A DNA stretch of 63,610 nucleotides, the filler included, from Reclinomonas americana ATCC 50394 (taxonomy: Eukaryota), in assembly GCA_048213135.1 (NCBI GenBank). It is 17 parts of 17 records of this genome, joined end to end, with 100 filler letters (N's around TTAATTAATTAA, not from the genome) between each part and the next. Parts side by side here need not be neighbours in the genome. Positions count along the whole stretch, not along the records: positions 53,156 to 63,610 come from AFZH01023661.1; 16 more parts are not named here. One strand, written 5' to 3'. Below are positions 59,101-63,610 of this stretch, one piece after another (positions within the stretch are counted from its first letter, which is position 1; each line of letters opens with the position of its first letter). Position numbers and translations under genes: made by a program. Below the pieces are notes generated by a model. The model saw nothing but the letters and a program-made list of their open reading frames with translations. It did no database searches and was not told the origin of the DNA.

Positions 59101-62062
59101 CAGCAGTTGTCACCGATCAAGATGGTGGTGTACATGTTGCACACGAGCGACAAGGAGAATGAGAGAGAGAAAGCAAAAAAAGAAGTGAAGAAGCCGCCGG
59201 TCAGTCTCACGAACCCGCCACTGACACCGAAATGCAGTGGACGAGACTCGGAAGAGACACAGACGGACTTCTTCGACCTGGAGGTGGTGGTGAGCATGCT
59301 ATACTTGAGTGCAGCGCAGTGAGCCCGGTGGTTGAGCTTGTGGGTGAGGAGGGAGACTGCATGCTCACAGAGAGAGAGAGAGATTCTTGTTTCGGTATTT
59401 CATTTGATCATGATCACACTGGCGCCGGCAACACAGTACGGATCAGTCCAGCAGCAGTTGTCACCGACCCAGATGATGGTACACATGCTGCACAAGAGCG
59501 ACAATAAAAGGGGAGAGAGAGGAAGCAAAATAAAAGCGAAGAAGCCGCCGGTCTGCCTCACGAGCTCGCCACTGACACCGAAATGCAGTGGACAGGACTC
59601 GGAAGAACAGACACAGACGGACTTCTTCGACCTTGAGATGGTGTCGAGCAAGTTATACTTGAGTGCCGCACGGCAAGCTCAGTGGACGAGCTTGTGGGTG
59701 TGGAGGGAGACTGCATGCTCAATGAGAGAGAGAGAGATTCTTCTTGTTTCGGTATTTCATTGTTCACACTGGCAACTCAGTGTGGAGCAGTCCAGCAACA
59801 CGCAGCGGGTTGTCTCCACTGATGGTGCACATGCTGTACAAGAGCAACAAAAGAAGGAAGCAAAAAGAGAGTGAAGAAGCCGCCGGCCAGTCTCACGAAC
59901 CCGCCACTGACACCGAAATGCAGTGGACGAGACTCGGAAGAGACACAGACGGACTTCTTCGATCTGGATATGGTGTCGAGCATGCCATACTTGAGCACGG
60001 TACAGTGAGTCTGGTGGTTGAGCTTGTGGGTGCGGAGGGAGACTGCATGCTCAGAGAGAGAGATTCTTGTTTCGGTATTTCATTTTGTTCACATCGGCAA
60101 CACAGTGTGTAACAGTCCAGCAACAGTTGCCGCGAATCCAGTTGGTGGAGCACATGTTACACTCGGCGAGCAAAAGAAAGAGAGAGAAAGAGGGAGACGA
60201 AGGAAAAAGAATGAAGAAGCCGCCGGCCAGCCTCACGAACTCGCCACTGACACCGAAATGCAGTGGACGAGACTCGGAAGAACAGACACAGACGGACTTC
60301 TTCGACCTGGAGGTGGTGTCGAGCAAGTTATACTTGAGCGCACTATAATGAGCTCGCTCAGTGAGCTTGTGGGTGCGGAGAGAGACTGCATGCTCACAGT
60401 GAGCTTGTGGGTGCGGAGAGAGACTGCATGCTCACAGAGAGAGATTCTTGTTCGGTATTTGATTGTTTTCACACGTGCACCGGCAACACAGTGTGGATCA
60501 GTCCAACAACAGTTGTCACCAATCCTGGTAGTGGTACACATGCTGTACTTGAGTGACAAAAGAAAGAGAGAGAAAGAGGGAGACGAAGGAAAAAGAATGA
60601 AGAAGCCGCGGCCGCCGATCAGCCTCACAAGCCCTGCCACTGACACCGAAATGCAGTGGACGAATCTCGGAAGAACAGACACAGACGGACTTCTTCGATG
60701 TGGAGGCTGTGTCGAACATGCTATACTTGAGTGCCGCACGGCAAGCTCAGTGGACGAGCTTGTGGGTGAGGAGGGAGACTGCATGTTCACAGAGAGAGAT
60801 TCTTGTTTTGGTATTTCATTGTTCACACTGGCAACACGGTGTGGACCAGTCCAGCAGCACTTGGCTCCAATCCAGACGGTGTTCATGCTGTACTCGAGTG
60901 ACAAAAGGAAAAGAGAGAGAGCGAGAGAAAGCAAAAAGAGTGAAGAAGCCGCCGGTCAGCCTCACAAGCTCGCCACTGACACCGAAATGCAGTGGACGAA
61001 ACTCGGAAGAACAGACACAGACAGACTTCTTCGACCTGGAGGTGGTGTCGAGCGTGCCATACTTGAGTGCAGCACAATGAGCCTGGAGGGTGAGCTTGTG
61101 GGTGAGGAGAGAGACTGCATGCTCACAGAGAGAGAGAGATTCTTGTTCGGTATTTCATTTGTTCGAGAATATTGCACCTCAGTGTGGATCAGTCCAACAG
61201 CAGTTGTCACCGATCCAGTTGATGGTGCACATGTTGCACTCGAGCAACAAAGGAAAGAGGGAGAGGAGGTGGGGAGAGCAAAAAAGAAAAGTGAAGAAGC
61301 CGCCGGTCTGCCTCACAAACTCGCCACTGGCACCGAAATGCAGTGAACGAAACTCGGAAAACGGACACAGACGGACTTCTTCGGTCTGCCTCACAAACTC
61401 GCCACTGGCACCGAAATGCAGTGAACGAAACTCGGAAAACGGACACAGACGGACTTCTTCGATCTGGAGACTGTGCCGAGCATGCCATACTTGAGTACAG
61501 TACAGTGGGCTCGGTGGGTGAGCTTGTGGGTGACGAGCGAGACTGCATGCTCACAGACAGAGAGAGAGAGATTCTTGTTTCGGTATTTCATTTGTTCACA
61601 TTGGCAACACTGTCCATCAACAGTTGTCACCGATCCTGATGATGGTGGTACACATGCTGCACCTGAGCAACAAAAGAAGAGAGATAGAAAGGAAGCAAAA
61701 AGAAGTGAAGAAGCCGCCGGCCTGCCTCACAAGCCCTGCCACTGACACCTAAATGCAGTGGACGAAACTCAGAAGCACAGACACAGACGGACTTCTTCGA
61801 TCTGGAGATGATGTCGAGCATGCTGTACTTGAGTATCGCATCGTGTGCTTTCTGGTGGAGCTTGTGGGTCACACACAGGCTGCACGTCACCGAGATTCCC
61901 TTTCCCTCTTCCCCACTGTCTGCACGCTCGCTGAACATACCGACCAGTTACGCATCACTGAGAGTTCCTGCCGGCGTTGTCCAAGCAGCTGCTGTAGAAA
62001 AAATGATTAAAGCACAAAAAGAACCAAAAAATAGGAGAGAGAAGCCGCCAGTCACGCCACTT
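56121..62062. repeat. Tandem array of 17 diverged ~325-355-bp units plus a terminal remnant
   Basis: The anchor GAAGAAG(C/T)CG starts at 56178, 56514, 56838, 57177, 57531, 57855, 58183, 58515, 58854, 59187, 59538, 59873, 60213, 60599, 60942, 61293 and 61707. A remnant lies near 62040. Confidence 0.97.
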
Positions 62063-62247
62063 ATCCTCACTCGACCGAGTTAAGTTTACAACCTAGCAGA
62101 TAGACTCGAGTGGCGGACACATGCGGTCTTCTCCGACAATGACACAGCGACCGCGCTTGCACTTTTGCGGCTGCAGTGGCCAGTGTGTTGGGGAAGGATT
62201 GTGGGACAGGCAGTGTGCGGATCACAAAAGTTATACATGCACACAAT

Positions 62248-63372
62248 TTACGACATCAAAATGACTAGAAGAACAATCAGCACTGCCAGTAAGCAGCAAA
62301 TGATGCACCACTTGCCACTGTCTGCACACACGATCGCAGTCGGTGAGTGAGACCGCTGAGTGAACGTGGAGGCACGCACGCAATACCTTTGGTATTCTTC
62401 AAGAGGTGATCGATCTTGCGCAGACTGCGTTCCAGTCTGCTGTTCGTGTTGTCCAGCGCGGCGTCGAGCTTTCTCAGTTCACTGTCACGGCATTAGTCAT
62501 CAAGCGCCACGGCACCATGGAGACGACGAGGACTGACGCAACGGCTCCTGTGCAGCGAGTTCCTGGTTGATGCCGAGGCTGACATCGTGCAATCGCTTCA
62601 CCGCGTCCGACAAGTCGTCCAGTCGCCTGTCTTGCTTGGCGATCATCACCTGCGTGCGCAACCGCCACCCTCGTCAACGCGCTGTCTTCTTCTTCTCTCA
62701 GCAGTGGACTGCACTTACCTGCTGCTGTGAATAGTGCTGCGCCAACCGCTCAGTCGGGCTGACAGCGCGCCCTCCTCCTCCTCCTCCAAGACCATTCATC
62801 GCTGCTGCTGACGATGACGACGACGATCCACTCGTTCGCCGCCCACTGCCAAGACCCAGCGCCTCACGAAAGTCTGTGCCACCATCAGCGATCGGCGCTC
62901 GACCGCGCTCCACATCGCCTCCATCGTCATCATCATCGTCGCCACCGCCACCGCCACGTCCTCCTCCTCGACCGAATCCCGACGTTCTTATGTCCCTTAC
63001 ACGCACACCACCCAGCGCATCACCGCTGCCGCCACTCGCACCGCGCAAGAGCAACTGCACCACGAATGTGTGTCACGCGTGTCAGTTCAACTTCGTTCAT
63101 CACACAGCAGATAGGAGAGAAAGAAGAGAGAAAGAAGAGAGAGAGAGAGAGAGAGGCACAGATCATTGGTGCACATCAACCTCACTAGGGACACGCACAC
63201 AGGCCTGTCCCTCTCTTGTGCGCGCGTGTGCTGACCATGGCTGACCATGGTCACCCACTCTCCAACCACTCTCCCACCTTCACTCCACCCATCCGCATAC
63301 ACTCGCTCACAAACACACCTCACGCTCTTCCCGATCGTTGTGCTTCTTGCGCCCTGCGCCTGGCCGTGACAT
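62248..63372 (-). CDS. Qc-SNARE (syntaxin-6/8-like), 5 exons
   Basis: Spliced product QQQVMIAKQDRRLDDLSDAVKRLHDVSLGINQELAAQ..LRKLDAALDNTNSRLERSLRKIDHLL, then a C-terminal TM helix (WCIICCLLAVLIVLLVILMS*). Confidence 0.88.
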
Positions 63373-63610
63373 GTTGTGTTGTGTATGCGAGGGTACAATC
63401 GCGACTCGCGGCACTCGCCCGTTACTGCGTCTTTCTGGCATGAGGTGGAGAGAAGGTATGAAAATCAGTGGGAGAGTTCACGGACCACGCGAGATGTTCG
63501 CTCTTCGCAACGTTTTGCACCGGCGGGAAGAGGAGAGGGACAGTGGTCCGTCCATCGGCCGCCACTCTTTTTCGTTAAGTGTTTTTTTGTCAGTGACTTG
63601 GAGAGGAAGT

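Noticed and set aside
59660..60760. In-frame TGA in array units 11 and 14 as selenocysteine
   Set aside because: The frame is unproven, the aligned codons are Gln/Arg rather than Cys, and no SECIS is evident.
57778..61346. ORFs of 290 and 442 aa as a repeat protein gene
   Set aside because: The frames switch between units at variable GA tracts, so no consistent protein repeat is maintained.
56121..62062. CRISPR array
   Set aside because: The units are ~340 bp, the variable parts are homologous to each other, there are no cas genes, and the contig is eukaryotic.
56121..62062. Hammerhead ribozyme / retrozyme repeats
   Set aside because: CTGA and GAAA words occur near hairpins, but the required CUGANGA core is absent on both strands (CTGACAC, CTGATCC).

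Overview
This window is not one locus. It is 17 contigs joined by 16 artificial ~100-nt spacers (N-run, TTAATTAATTAA, N-run). Eleven contigs come from a compact, very intron-dense, GC-rich microbial eukaryote that I cannot identify. Its genes are SepSecS, a GH35 beta-galactosidase, gamma-COP, a CCDC28-like protein, a GT34-like glycosyltransferase, a Crinkler-like kinase, a large cadherin/EGF/GH2-barrel protein, an FkbM methyltransferase, coiled-coil and LRR proteins, cathepsin Z, alpha-adaptin, NDUFA9 and a Qc-SNARE. Six contigs (16159-20053, 39466-50935) are intronless alphaproteobacterial DNA that looks like Hyphomicrobiales, most simply a co-cultured bacterium. Some neighbouring contigs are true scaffold neighbours, because cathepsin Z, alpha-adaptin and a PQQ dehydrogenase each continue across a spacer. 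The most notable items are: (1) an unexplained ~5.9-kb array of 17 diverged ~340-bp units between two convergent genes, with a ~170-bp dimer substructure and a fixed-length 23-nt hypervariable segment inside a partly covarying stem; (2) a spliced gene fusing bacterial-type cadherin repeats, EGF repeats and a bacterial-type GH2-like TIM barrel; (3) micro-exons of 3, 4 and 7 nt; (4) an AbfD-like enzyme with altered Fe-S ligands. All exon models were read by eye, and all family calls come from recalled motifs, not database searches.
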